64,000 nt of DNA, taken from positions 756 through 64,755 of the forward strand of contig CAXICP010000001.1 in NCBI GenBank assembly GCA_964022595.1, given 5' to 3'. The notes under the pieces are model-generated. The model made no database searches. It was not told the DNA's origin and was given only the letters and a program-made list of their open reading frames with translations. Positions 28,869 through 38,338 of this stretch are shown piece by piece. Within the stretch, counting starts at the first letter, position 1, and each line of letters starts with the position of its first letter. The translations under genes and the position numbers were made by a program. The stretch is from an uncultured Salipiger sp. GTDB taxonomy: Bacteria; Pseudomonadota; Alphaproteobacteria; Rhodobacterales; Rhodobacteraceae.

Positions 28869-29822
28869 TCATTCTAGGGGATTCTGCCCCGCGTCGCCAG
28901 AGTGCGGTGGCGCCCGGCGCAGCAGTTCAAGGATCTGCGGCGTGATCGCCTTGATGATGGCCGCGCGCCCGTGGCTGTTGAAATGGCAGGTGTCCCAGCG
29001 AAAATCGTTGCCGAAGGCGTCGGTGTTCAGCCCGGCGATGACACGGGGGTTGGCCCCGGCCAGCGCGCGCTGCACGGCGCGCATCGCCTCGACGCCATCG
29101 GCGCGGCGCGAGCCGACGCATTTGGATGCCTGGAACAGGTACAGCGGCGCCTCGGGGGTGGCGTCAAGCAGCTGCGCGATCAGGGCGTCGAATTCGGCGC
29201 GCATGGCGGCGCGCCCCTCGGGGGTGTCGGGCATCACGTTCGCGTCGCTTTCACCCTGGTGCCACAGGATCAGCTCGGGCGCATAGCCCCGGGCCTGCGC
29301 CGCCGCGATCCGCCCCAGCAGCGCGTCAAGATAGCCCGACCGCCGGTCCAGCCAGTCCCCCACCTGCGAGCCGCCGACCGCGCCGTTGATGAACAGCACC
29401 GGCTGGCCCAGCCCCTGCGAGAGCGCCTCGCCAAGCGGCGGCCACAGGCTGCCGCGGGTTCCCTCGGCGCCGGGCATCGGGTCTTCGCCGCGCCAGCAGG
29501 CCCCGTCGAACCAGGCATAGACAGGGGCATCAGGGGGCAGGGCGGCGCGGCTGGAATTGGTGTTGGCGGCGTTCGACTGCCCGCCGGTCACCAGCACCCG
29601 CGTGGTGGCGGGATCGGGGCAGGTGACGGGGCTGCGCGCGCCCGTCGATCCGGGGCCGGGCAGGGGCACCCAGGATTTTTCCAGCCCCAGGGCCAGGCGG
29701 GCTTCGCGGCGCAGCGTCAGGTAGGCGGGATGGGTCCAGCCGTTCAGCGTGCCGAAGGCGGTGCCGGCCAGCGCCGCAAGGACCACGAGGCAGATCGCCA
29801 GGGGCCAGGACGGGCGCGTCAT
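28869..29822 (-). CDS. SASA/sialate O-acetylesterase-like SGNH protein
   Basis: GQSNAAN, AVGGS, WHQGESD and DTCH motifs; N-terminal anchor. Confidence 0.82.
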   Translation of the reverse strand: MTRPSWPLAICLVVLAALAGTAFGTLNGWTHPAYLTLRREARLALGLEKSWVPLPGPGSTGARSPVTCPDPATTRVLVTGGQSNAANTNSSRAALPPDAPVYAWFDGACWRGEDPMPGAEGTRGSLWPPLGEALSQGLGQPVLFINGAVGGSQVGDWLDRRSGYLDALLGRIAAAQARGYAPELILWHQGESDANVMPDTPEGRAAMRAEFDALIAQLLDATPEAPLYLFQASKCVGSRRADGVEAMRAVQRALAGANPRVIAGLNTDAFGNDFRWDTCHFNSHGRAAIIKAITPQILELLRRAPPHSGDAGQNPLE

Positions 29823-30433
29823 TGCGCGCCGGATCCGGGGTCCGGGTCCGCCTTGGGGATGCGCCGTTCCGACACCACCCGCGCCGGCGTGCCCACCGCG
29901 ATGGCCATGGGCGGGATGTCGCCGCGCACCACCGAATGGGCGCCGATGATGGCGCCATCGCCGATGCGCGCGCCGGGCAGCACGGTGACCCGGGTGCCCA
30001 GCCAGACATCGTTGCCGATCACCACGTCGGCCTCGTCGCTGGCCTGGTCGGTGATGGGCGCGCCGTCATCATAGCGATACCCCGACGCGGTGATCATCAC
30101 CTCGGGGCCGAACAGCACGTCATCGCCGATGATCACCCGCCCCTTGCCCGGCCCGGCCCAGATCACGCAGCGAAAGCCGATGCGCACCCGCGCGCCGATG
30201 CTGATCCGCTCGGGGTAGGAAAACGCCGCCGTCGGGCTGATCGACGGGCTGTCGCCCAGCCGGATCTGCCGCAGCGGCCGCACATGGGTGTAGTTGTAGA
30301 AATTCACGATCTTGACCAGATGCGCCCAGGCGCGCGGGTCCAGCGTGGCGCCCAGCAGCCGCCACAGGCGTTGCGCCCTGCTCAGGCGCAGCTTGTGGGC
30401 GGGGGCATCCGTGGGGCGGGGCGCATCGTTCAT
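29819..30433 (-). CDS. Hexapeptide-repeat O-acyltransferase
   Basis: IGNDVWLG..VTVLPGARIGDGAIIGAHSVV, VGTPARV. Confidence 0.9.
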   Translation of the reverse strand: MNDAPRPTDAPAHKLRLSRAQRLWRLLGATLDPRAWAHLVKIVNFYNYTHVRPLRQIRLGDSPSISPTAAFSYPERISIGARVRIGFRCVIWAGPGKGRVIIGDDVLFGPEVMITASGYRYDDGAPITDQASDEADVVIGNDVWLGTRVTVLPGARIGDGAIIGAHSVVRGDIPPMAIAVGTPARVVSERRIPKADPDPGSGAQ

Positions 30434-31437
30434 GCGGGGCGGTCCCCGTCCGGCCCGGCGGCCCGGTAGCCCGCCAGCCAGTCGCCCCGCGCCGCCCAGA
30501 CGCTGCGCCACCTGTCGGCCCCGGCCCCGCCGCGCAGCCCCGAAGCCGCCCGCCGCAGCGCCGCCCAAAGCCACATGGCCCCCAGCCCGAAGGGCCGCTG
30601 CCAGGCCGGCCAGTGGTCGCGAATCAGCGTCGCACGCGCCTTGGCCACCATGCGCAGCTTGTCCGCCCGCTTGCCCGAGGCCGCCCCCACAAGATGCATG
30701 ATCTGTGCATCCGGGGTGATCGCGGGGTGATAGCCCAGTGCGCGGGCGCGCAGGCACAGGTCGGCCTCTTCGCCGTACATGAAATATTTCAGGTCGAACC
30801 CGCCCAGCTCGTCCCACAGCGATTTGCGGATCATCAGGAAGCAGCCGACCACGATGTCGACCTCGCGCACGCTGTCGCGCGCCCAGGATCCCATGCCCTC
30901 GGGGTTGAAGGCCGCGCTGCCCCGGAACATCGCCGTCAGCCCGGTGGCCATGCAGAACGCCGACCAGGGGGTGATGCGCATCCAGCAGGACGCGATGTTC
31001 AGGCTGCCATCGGGAAACACCGTGCGCCCGCCGGTGATGCCCGCCTGCGGGCGCGCCCGGGAAAAGGCCAGCAGCGCGTCGATGGCGCCGTCGTGGACCT
31101 CGGTGTCGGGGTTGAGCAGCAGCAGCCATTCGGTGCGCGCCGCCGCCGCCACCACGTTGTTGGCGCGGGCAAATCCAAGGTTGTCGGGGCTGGCGATCAG
31201 CTCGACCTGCGGAAAGGCCGCGGCCACCGCTTCGGCCGAACCGTCGGACGAGGCGTTGTCGAACACCACCACATGGGCGCGCGCGCTGTGGGTGGCGGCG
31301 AAAAGGGTGCGCAGGCAGGCCAGCGTCAGATCGCGGGTGTTGTAGCTGACCACGATGACGGTCAGCTCGGCCGGCGCACCGGGCTGGCCGGTCAGCGCCG
31401 GCGGGGGGGTGATGCTGTTCCGGGGGGCGGATGTCAT
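30430..31437 (-). CDS. Glycosyltransferase family 2
   Basis: IVVSYN, DNASSDGS, NLGFARANN, LLNPD, YFMYGEEAD. Confidence 0.92.
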   Translation of the reverse strand: MTSAPRNSITPPPALTGQPGAPAELTVIVVSYNTRDLTLACLRTLFAATHSARAHVVVFDNASSDGSAEAVAAAFPQVELIASPDNLGFARANNVVAAAARTEWLLLLNPDTEVHDGAIDALLAFSRARPQAGITGGRTVFPDGSLNIASCWMRITPWSAFCMATGLTAMFRGSAAFNPEGMGSWARDSVREVDIVVGCFLMIRKSLWDELGGFDLKYFMYGEEADLCLRARALGYHPAITPDAQIMHLVGAASGKRADKLRMVAKARATLIRDHWPAWQRPFGLGAMWLWAALRRAASGLRGGAGADRWRSVWAARGDWLAGYRAAGPDGDRPA

Positions 31438-31752
31438 CGCAGATATTCCACTCGTCGCGCGGAGAAAGGAGAGAGGGGGGAGGGATCGGGCCGACCCTGC
31501 GTCAGGGCAGGCGGGCCTGTCCACCCCAAACTGCCCCCTGGGCGCCACCGCTGTGCCTTCATTCTGGACATGAAGGCCGTGTGTGCCCAAGACGGCGGCG
31601 GGACAAGCGCAAAACTGCCCCGAGCGGCTGGTTTTCCGTCGGCAATCTTTCTAGACATAGAAGAGCGCCGCCGGAAATCCAGTGGCAGGCAGGTTGCCGG
31701 ATGATTCCGACGACGGTTCGACACTGCGTCGGGCAAGCGGAGAACACAAGAA

Positions 31753-33060
31753 ATGACGACCCCCCGGGACGGTTGCGCGAACGGCAAGGTGAAGCGGGTG
31801 TTGGTCGTCTCGCTCAACTATGCGCCGGAAATGATCGCGATCGGGATCTATTCCTCGGGCATGGCCGAGCACCTGTCGCGCAACGGGGTCGAAACCCATG
31901 TCATCGCGGCGCGCCCCTATTATCCGGCCTGGCGCACCTATGAAGGCTGGCGCCGCCCCTGGTGGACGCGGCGGCGCGGCCCCGAAGGCACCCGCGCGGT
32001 GCATTGCCCGATCTACGTGCCGCGCAACCCGACCGGGCCGCGCCGCATCCTGCATCACCTCAGCTTTGCGCTCAGCGCCCTGCCGGTGCTGCTGTGGAAG
32101 GCGCTGGTGCAGCGCCCCGACGTGATCCTGCTGGTGGCGCCGTCGCTGATCTCGGCGCCCGGGGTGCTGGCGGCGGCGCGGCTCAGCGGGGCGGCGACCT
32201 GGCTGCATGTGCAGGATTTCGAAGTCGAGGCCGCCTTTGCCACCGGGCTGCTGGACCAGAAAAGCCTTGTGGGCCGCCTTGCCGAACGGTTCGAACACGC
32301 GGTGCTGGGCAGTTTCGACAGGGTCAGTTCGATTTCCGGGCCGATGCTGTCGCGCCTGCGGCGCAAGGACGTGGCCGAATGGCGGATCACCGAATTCCGC
32401 AACTGGGCCGACATCTCGAAGGTGCAGCCCATCGACGGGGTGTCGCCGCTCAAGGCCGAGCTGGGCATCGATACGCCGCATGTGGCGCTGTATTCCGGCA
32501 ACCTTGCCAACAAGCAGGGGCTTGAGATCCTGCCCGACATGGCCCGGCGCCTGCGCCACCGCACCGACCTGACCATCGCCGTGTGCGGCGACGGGCCGAT
32601 GCGCGAGATCCTGCAGCAGCAGGCGCAGGATCTGCCGATGATGCGCTTCTTTCCGCTGCAGCCCATCGACCGGCTGAGCGATCTTCTGGGCATGGCCGAT
32701 TTGCACCTGCTGCCGCAGATCGCCGGGGCGGCGGATCTGGTGCTGCCGTCAAAGCTGACCAACATGCTGGCCTCGGGGCGCCCGGTGCTGGCCACCGCCG
32801 ATCCCGACACCGCGCTGGGGCAAGAAGTGACAGGCTGCGGTCGGCTGGTGCCGCCGGGCGATGCCGCCGCGCTTGCGCGCGAGGTCGAAGCCCTGCTGGA
32901 TGCCCCGGACGAACGCGCCCGGCTGGGGGCGGCGGCCCGGGCCCGGGCGATCGAACGCTGGGACATGCGGTCGATCCTGGCGCGCTTCCTGGATCAGGTC
33001 AACGCGCTGATCCACCATCCGCGCCAGGCCGAGGTCCGGCGCAAGTTAAGCCGTTTCTGA
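31753..33060 (+). CDS. wcaI: WcaI-like glycosyltransferase family 4
   Basis: NYAPE..IG.YS, PYYP.W, HVQDFEVEA, YSGNL..KQGL, AADLVLPSKLTNMLASG. Confidence 0.85.
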   Translation: MTTPRDGCANGKVKRVLVVSLNYAPEMIAIGIYSSGMAEHLSRNGVETHVIAARPYYPAWRTYEGWRRPWWTRRRGPEGTRAVHCPIYVPRNPTGPRRILHHLSFALSALPVLLWKALVQRPDVILLVAPSLISAPGVLAAARLSGAATWLHVQDFEVEAAFATGLLDQKSLVGRLAERFEHAVLGSFDRVSSISGPMLSRLRRKDVAEWRITEFRNWADISKVQPIDGVSPLKAELGIDTPHVALYSGNLANKQGLEILPDMARRLRHRTDLTIAVCGDGPMREILQQQAQDLPMMRFFPLQPIDRLSDLLGMADLHLLPQIAGAADLVLPSKLTNMLASGRPVLATADPDTALGQEVTGCGRLVPPGDAAALAREVEALLDAPDERARLGAAARARAIERWDMRSILARFLDQVNALIHHPRQAEVRRKLSRF

Positions 33061-33093
33061 TCGGGATTTTGGCCCGGGGTCGCGCAAGGCGCG

Positions 33094-33141
33094 CCTGATC
33101 TCAGGTCTGATTTCTGGCCTGATTTCTGGCCTGGTTTCGGG
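33094..33141 (+). repeat. Four degenerate tandem 12-mers (consensus CCTGATTTCTGG)
   Basis: cctgatctcagg/tctgatttctgg/cctgatttctgg/cctggtttcggg between convergent genes. Confidence 0.6.
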
Positions 33142-33156
33142 CCGGGTGTCGACCCT

Positions 33157-33195
33157 TGCGGCGGGCGGGGCCATGTTGCGCCCCGCCCGCCCGCA
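33157..33195. terminator. GC-rich hairpin between convergent genes
   Basis: GCGGGCGGGGC...GCCCCGCCCGC 11-bp stem. Confidence 0.5.
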
Positions 33196-33200
33196 TCGCG

Positions 33201-36200
33201 TCAGCTGACCGTCAGCCAGTCCGCCGTTTCGTTCATCGAGAAATGGGACAGGTCGGCTTCCAGCGCGTTGCCCCAGTTCGACCCGATGGTCAGGCCCCAG
33301 TATTTTTCTTCCGCGGTCGGCCCGGTGGCGGCCACCTCGTCGACGACCGTGCCGTCGATCATCATCGACAGGCGCCCGGCCTCCGCATCATAGCCCAGGC
33401 GGACCTCGTGGAATTCGCCATCGGCCAGGATGTCGGAATCGCTGTGCAGCGATGCGGTTCCGCTTTCGGTCTTCATCGTGAAGTGGAAGTCGTCGCCGCT
33501 GGTCGTCAGACCCAGCGCCCCGTAGATCTCGAACACCGTTTCCGTGCCGACGTTGTCGGTGTCGCGGATGTCGACCACGAATTCGAACGAGTCGCGGGCA
33601 TGCAGGTCGCTGACATAGCGGGATACGCCGACGGATGCGCCGTCTTCGAACCGGGCCCAGGTGCCGGAGTCATCCTCGGTATAGCTGAGCGCGCCGCGGG
33701 TGACCTCGGGCATGGCGGCGGTTGCCACCTCGTTGTGCACGGTCCCGTCGAAATCAAGAAAGATCAGCGTGTCCGCGTCATGTTCGATCGGGGTCGGTTC
33801 CGAGATCATCGGGCGATCGGCGATCCCCAGCGAGGTGACGGCCATCTGCGGTTCGACCCCCGCCCAGGGGTGGCCGATGGTCATGCCCCAGTATTGCACC
33901 GCCGGGGTCAGGCCGGTCTGTTCGCCCTGCACCAGCACTTCGCCATCCACCGAAATCTGCATCACCCCGGCTTCGGCATCATAGCCCAGGCTGATGTCGT
34001 GCAGGGCCCCGTCCGCCAGCGGCATGCCCGGCGTGCGGATGATCTGCGTGCCCTCGTCGGTGGTCAGGGTGAAGGCCAGCCGCCCGTCCGAGCGCACGGA
34101 AAGCGACAGCGTCTCGTGCAGGTACAGGATCGTGCCTTCGGTCGCCGTGTCCAGATGCTGCGCCGTCAACGAGATGTCGAACGAATCCGCCTCGTAGAGA
34201 TAGCCGGTGGACCGGCTCAGCTCGACGGTGCTGCCCGCCACCATGACGGCCGACTCGCCGCTTGCCAGCGTCACGATGTCATCTTCGGTCAGGGTCATGC
34301 CGGCGATGTCTGGGGACGAGAAATCGGCCTCGAACAGGGTCTGGGACAGAATGAACCCGGGGAGCAGGTCGATCGATGCCAGTTCCTCGGCGGTGCCGGC
34401 GACCTCTTCGGCGCTGGACGCCTCGGTCTTGATGGTCAGGTTGGACAGCAGCCCCTCGACGCTTTGCTTCCAGGGGTTTCCGAAGGTCAGGCCCCAGTAG
34501 CGCGCGTGTTGGGTCGACCCGCTTGCCTCGGTTTCGGCCACGACCTCGCCATCGGCGTAGATCCGCAGCAGCGCGCCGTCGTAGACGAAGCTCAGGTGCA
34601 CCGGGCCGTCATCGAACAGCCCGCCTTCCGAGCGCGCCGTGAACCAGGTGTCGCCGTTCGAGAAGCCGAACGCGACGGCGCCGTCCTCGTCGATGGTGGC
34701 CTGCAGCGATTCGTAGATCATCATCAGCGTGCCCGAGGACCCTTCGTCCAGGTCCAGGGTCATCGAGAAATCGAAGGCGCTGAGGTTGTAGATGTCCGAC
34801 ACCGAACGGTCGATTTCGACAAGGTCGGCCTCGCCAAGGCGCAGGCCGTCGTTTTCAAGCGTGACGGTGTCCAGGTTCTTGATCGCAAGCCCGTCCGCCG
34901 CGGTGTTGACCATCGCGCCGTCGACCATGGCCAGATCGACCACGAGCCCCTGTTCGACCTCGACCGAGCGGGTGATCGTGTCGGTTGCGCCATCGGGGCC
35001 GGTGACGGTCAGCGTGTAGCCGTGCATCCCGGCGGTTTCGAAATCGACCTCGACCTGCGCGCCGGTGAAGGTGCGCCCGTCGTCCAGCGTCCACAGGATG
35101 TCCGTGTCGGCGCCGACCAGCCCGTCCGGGCCGCGCGACAGGCTGGCGTCCAGCGTGTACACCGACCGGTCCGACAGGCTGGGGGTGATGCGGGCGACGG
35201 CCATCAGCGCATCGGGGGTTTCGTCGAACCACAGAAGGCTGGACCCGTAGACGCCGTTCAGCTCGCTGTCGGGCAGCAGGGTGATGTCGCGCAGATCGCC
35301 GGTCTCGCCAACCATGAGGTTGGTGTACTGGTTCAACTGGTCCAGCGTGCTGGTGGACGAGCCGTGGGTCAGCGTGGCGTTGTCGCCATCGACAAGGATT
35401 CGCAGCCCGACGTTCTTTTCGACCAGGGCGCCGATGCCGTCGACATCGATCCAGCCGGGGCTTTTCAGCGACGAATAGGATCCGTCGGAATTCAACGTAT
35501 AGGCGTCTTCCAGGAAAATGAGCGTATTGTTGGAAACGGTCATGTTCAATGTATCTGACAAGGAAATGCCATGATATGAACTACCCCAGAGCACATTGTT
35601 TTCGACGACGATGTTTTCGAAAAGCAACCCGTTCGTTTCGTAATCCTCATTGTGGCCGAATATCGCCTGATATGCAGGGCCCGAGGAATTGTCCAGAAAA
35701 TTGGAACGAATTGTGATGTCCTGGTTGTTCAGCCAGATGTTCTTGCCCCAGATCTGGATGAAATCGGAATGGTTGTAGGCGTGGGTCGAACCCAGGAAGT
35801 CGTGGAACCAGTTGTCCTCGATCAGCGCGTCCTGCACGCCGCCCAGGCGCATCCCGTCGCCCTGAAGGGAATGCAGCTCGTTGCCCGTGTAGGTCAGCCC
35901 GACGGTCTCGCGGAAGGTGACGCCGTGGAACAGGTGATGCAGTTCGTTGCCGACGAAACTGAAGTTCTCGACCTGGCGGATATCGGCGCCGGATGCGCCG
36001 ATCTCGGCCCCGCCGGCGTCGGTGGTCACGCCGCCGGACCCTTCGGCATCCGACACGAATTCGCTTTCGTATATGCCTGAATTCGTTACATTCTGGATCG
36101 TCACCAGGGTGCCGCTGTCTTCTTCGATGCGCAGGTCGGACAGGTGGAAATTTTCCTGGTTGCGCATGTAGACCGATTGCAGCACGGCCGGATCTTCGGG

Positions 36201-36491
36201 GGTCAGCGAGGTGATCATCACCGGCGCGTCCACCTGTTCGTCCTGCACGTCGTAATGGCTTAGCGTATAGGGGCCGCCGTCGGTCGACAGCTTGATGACT
36301 CCGCCCGCCCCGGCGGCAAGTTCGGCGTAGACGGATTTGAATTCCGCCTGCGATGTGACGATGCGCACGTCATTGGTGAAGCTTACGTCGGCGATGGTCC
36401 CCGAGGAAAGGTCCACGAAATCCGACAGGTGAAGTTTTTCAGAGCCTTCCATTTGCGTGGAAGCCCCCGTCGTCTCGGTTGTCTGCGTCAT
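33201..36491 (-). CDS. Large acidic protein: beta-helix + PKD + three LamG-like repeats, no signal peptide
   Basis: Beta-helix rungs with HSDFIQIW; LDASLS..W..DDG....G..F...G..YTLTVT PKD motif; three H...YD....DG...YWG.T.G..W repeats. Confidence 0.8.
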   Translation of the reverse strand: MTQTTETTGASTQMEGSEKLHLSDFVDLSSGTIADVSFTNDVRIVTSQAEFKSVYAELAAGAGGVIKLSTDGGPYTLSHYDVQDEQVDAPVMITSLTPEDPAVLQSVYMRNQENFHLSDLRIEEDSGTLVTIQNVTNSGIYESEFVSDAEGSGGVTTDAGGAEIGASGADIRQVENFSFVGNELHHLFHGVTFRETVGLTYTGNELHSLQGDGMRLGGVQDALIEDNWFHDFLGSTHAYNHSDFIQIWGKNIWLNNQDITIRSNFLDNSSGPAYQAIFGHNEDYETNGLLFENIVVENNVLWGSSYHGISLSDTLNMTVSNNTLIFLEDAYTLNSDGSYSSLKSPGWIDVDGIGALVEKNVGLRILVDGDNATLTHGSSTSTLDQLNQYTNLMVGETGDLRDITLLPDSELNGVYGSSLLWFDETPDALMAVARITPSLSDRSVYTLDASLSRGPDGLVGADTDILWTLDDGRTFTGAQVEVDFETAGMHGYTLTVTGPDGATDTITRSVEVEQGLVVDLAMVDGAMVNTAADGLAIKNLDTVTLENDGLRLGEADLVEIDRSVSDIYNLSAFDFSMTLDLDEGSSGTLMMIYESLQATIDEDGAVAFGFSNGDTWFTARSEGGLFDDGPVHLSFVYDGALLRIYADGEVVAETEASGSTQHARYWGLTFGNPWKQSVEGLLSNLTIKTEASSAEEVAGTAEELASIDLLPGFILSQTLFEADFSSPDIAGMTLTEDDIVTLASGESAVMVAGSTVELSRSTGYLYEADSFDISLTAQHLDTATEGTILYLHETLSLSVRSDGRLAFTLTTDEGTQIIRTPGMPLADGALHDISLGYDAEAGVMQISVDGEVLVQGEQTGLTPAVQYWGMTIGHPWAGVEPQMAVTSLGIADRPMISEPTPIEHDADTLIFLDFDGTVHNEVATAAMPEVTRGALSYTEDDSGTWARFEDGASVGVSRYVSDLHARDSFEFVVDIRDTDNVGTETVFEIYGALGLTTSGDDFHFTMKTESGTASLHSDSDILADGEFHEVRLGYDAEAGRLSMMIDGTVVDEVAATGPTAEEKYWGLTIGSNWGNALEADLSHFSMNETADWLTVS

Positions 36492-36572
36492 TTGAAAGGT
36501 CCCGTTGCCGATTGTTTATGAAAGGCCTCAACCCGGGTTGTTCCATGCCGACATTAACCGCGCCTATATTGG

Positions 36573-36590
36573 TGGAAATTGAAATTTCCA
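36573..36590. promoter_or_regulatory. Inverted-repeat operator candidate TGGAAATT-ga-AATTTCCA
   Basis: Perfect 8-bp arms in AT-rich DNA about 80 bp upstream of the 1096-aa gene. Confidence 0.5.
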
Positions 36591-37369
36591 ATATTTAACT
36601 TCATGCGAAACACACGTGTTCACGGTGTCGTCGATGAAACGGCTAGGGCCAGATTTCGGGAAATTTTGGGCGGGATATTGTCCTGATTCAGGCAACAGCG
36701 CCCAAGATGACGGAATGATCTGGCTGCGCGGCATGTCCTTGCCATGGCCCGGGAAAAGGCGTCGGGCAAACGCCCGGTTCAGCTTGGCCGAACGCGATGG
36801 GGCGCGTGTCGCCGTGCCGGACTGGCGGCGCGGGCCGGCGGGCGAAGCGGCCGGGCGGGGGGACGGGATGACAGGCCGGCGACCACGGCCTGGCGGGCAC
36901 TTGCGATGAAGTGTGACATGTGCGGGTTCCTTCTGGGCCGGGGCTGGTCCGGCGGTGAAGGCGGGGCAGGCATATGTGCTGCGCCGCCTTCACCGGGATG
37001 CCCTGAAACGCGCGGCGCTCCGGCAAGGAGGATGGGTGGAAAGGCCTCTCTGATCGTCAGGCGGCTGACCTTCGGCATAGCGCGCATGGCTGTTCGAAAG
37101 GCGCGGTTAACCTTGTGCGCCCACGGGCCGGGCCAAGGCGGGGCGAACTTACATAATGTGGCTTATCGGGCATTTGGCGCGCAGCGCGGCGGCCCCCCGG
37201 CCCGGGGGCGCCCGCGGCCGGCGGGTTTTCCGGCGATACGCGGCATCGCTGTGCAGATATGTCGGCGCAAGCCCCCCGCAGGCCGGCCCGGGCGAACAGG
37301 CAATTGGGCTTGCGGGGTTTGTGTGCTAGGCGGCAAGGACAGATACCTTGCGCACGATAGGGATTTTTC

Positions 37370-38338
37370 TTGTCTATCATTCCTTCCAGCCCGAACAGCC
37401 GGGATTGCATCATCGGCAGCACCGGCTTTGTCGGCGGCGCCTTGTGCCGCCAGCATGATTTCGCGGGCCGCTACACCAGCCGCAACATCATGTCCATCGG
37501 CGAGGAACCCTGGGATACGGTGGTTTGCGCCGCCGCCCCCGGATCGATGTTCGAAGCCAACACCGCCCCCGAAAGCGATGCGCGCAAGGTCGCCGCGCTG
37601 TGCGACGATCTGCGCAAGGCGCGCGCGAAACGCTTCGTGCTGATCTCGTCCATCGCGGTGCTCGAGGATTTCGCCGGCCAGGATGACGAAGGCACCACCC
37701 GCTTTCAGCAGGCGCTGGCCTATGGGCGCAACCGCCGCGCGCTTGAGGTGTTCTGCACCGAACAGTTCGAAAACTGCCTTGTGGTGCGGCTGCCGGCGCT
37801 GTTCGGGCCGGGGCTGCGCAAGAATTTCATCTTCGACCTGATGAACCCCATGCCCAGCATGCTGACCGCCGACAAGCTGGCGGCGCTGAGCGATGGGCTG
37901 GAAGCCTCGCAGGCGGCCGAGCTGGCGCAGCTCTATCACCCCGATCCCGCCACCGGGATGCTCAAGCTGGACCGCGCCGCCCATGATGCGGGGCCGCGCC
38001 GCGCCGAGCTGGACGCGGCGGTCAGCGCGCTTGGCGCGTCGGCGACGCAGTTCCACAACCCCGAAACCACCTATCAGTATTATGACATCATGCGCCTGTG
38101 GCAGGACATCGGCGTGGCCTGGGGGGCGGGGCTGGACCTGGTCCACCTTGCGACCGAACCGCTGCGCGCCGACCGCATCCACCGCCGCCTGACTGGCCGC
38201 GACATGCCCCCGACCGGCGCCCGGCTGCACCGCGAGGACATGCGCACCCGCCACGCGGACCTGTGGGGGCAGCAGGGCGGCTATCTTCAGAACGCCGATG
38301 ACGTGCTGGACGCGCTGGCCCGGTTCCACGCAGGATGA
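37370..38338 (+). CDS. Atypical NAD(P)-dependent sugar epimerase/reductase
   Basis: IIGSTGFVG, LISSIAV, YGRNR (YxxxR variant), VRLPALFG.GLRKN. Confidence 0.8.
   Translation: MSIIPSSPNSRDCIIGSTGFVGGALCRQHDFAGRYTSRNIMSIGEEPWDTVVCAAAPGSMFEANTAPESDARKVAALCDDLRKARAKRFVLISSIAVLEDFAGQDDEGTTRFQQALAYGRNRRALEVFCTEQFENCLVVRLPALFGPGLRKNFIFDLMNPMPSMLTADKLAALSDGLEASQAAELAQLYHPDPATGMLKLDRAAHDAGPRRAELDAAVSALGASATQFHNPETTYQYYDIMRLWQDIGVAWGAGLDLVHLATEPLRADRIHRRLTGRDMPPTGARLHREDMRTRHADLWGQQGGYLQNADDVLDALARFHAG

Noticed and set aside
36616-37422. Short ORFs in the long intergenic region
   Set aside because: Arg/Pro/Gly-rich, no convincing RBS or motifs, mutually overlapping
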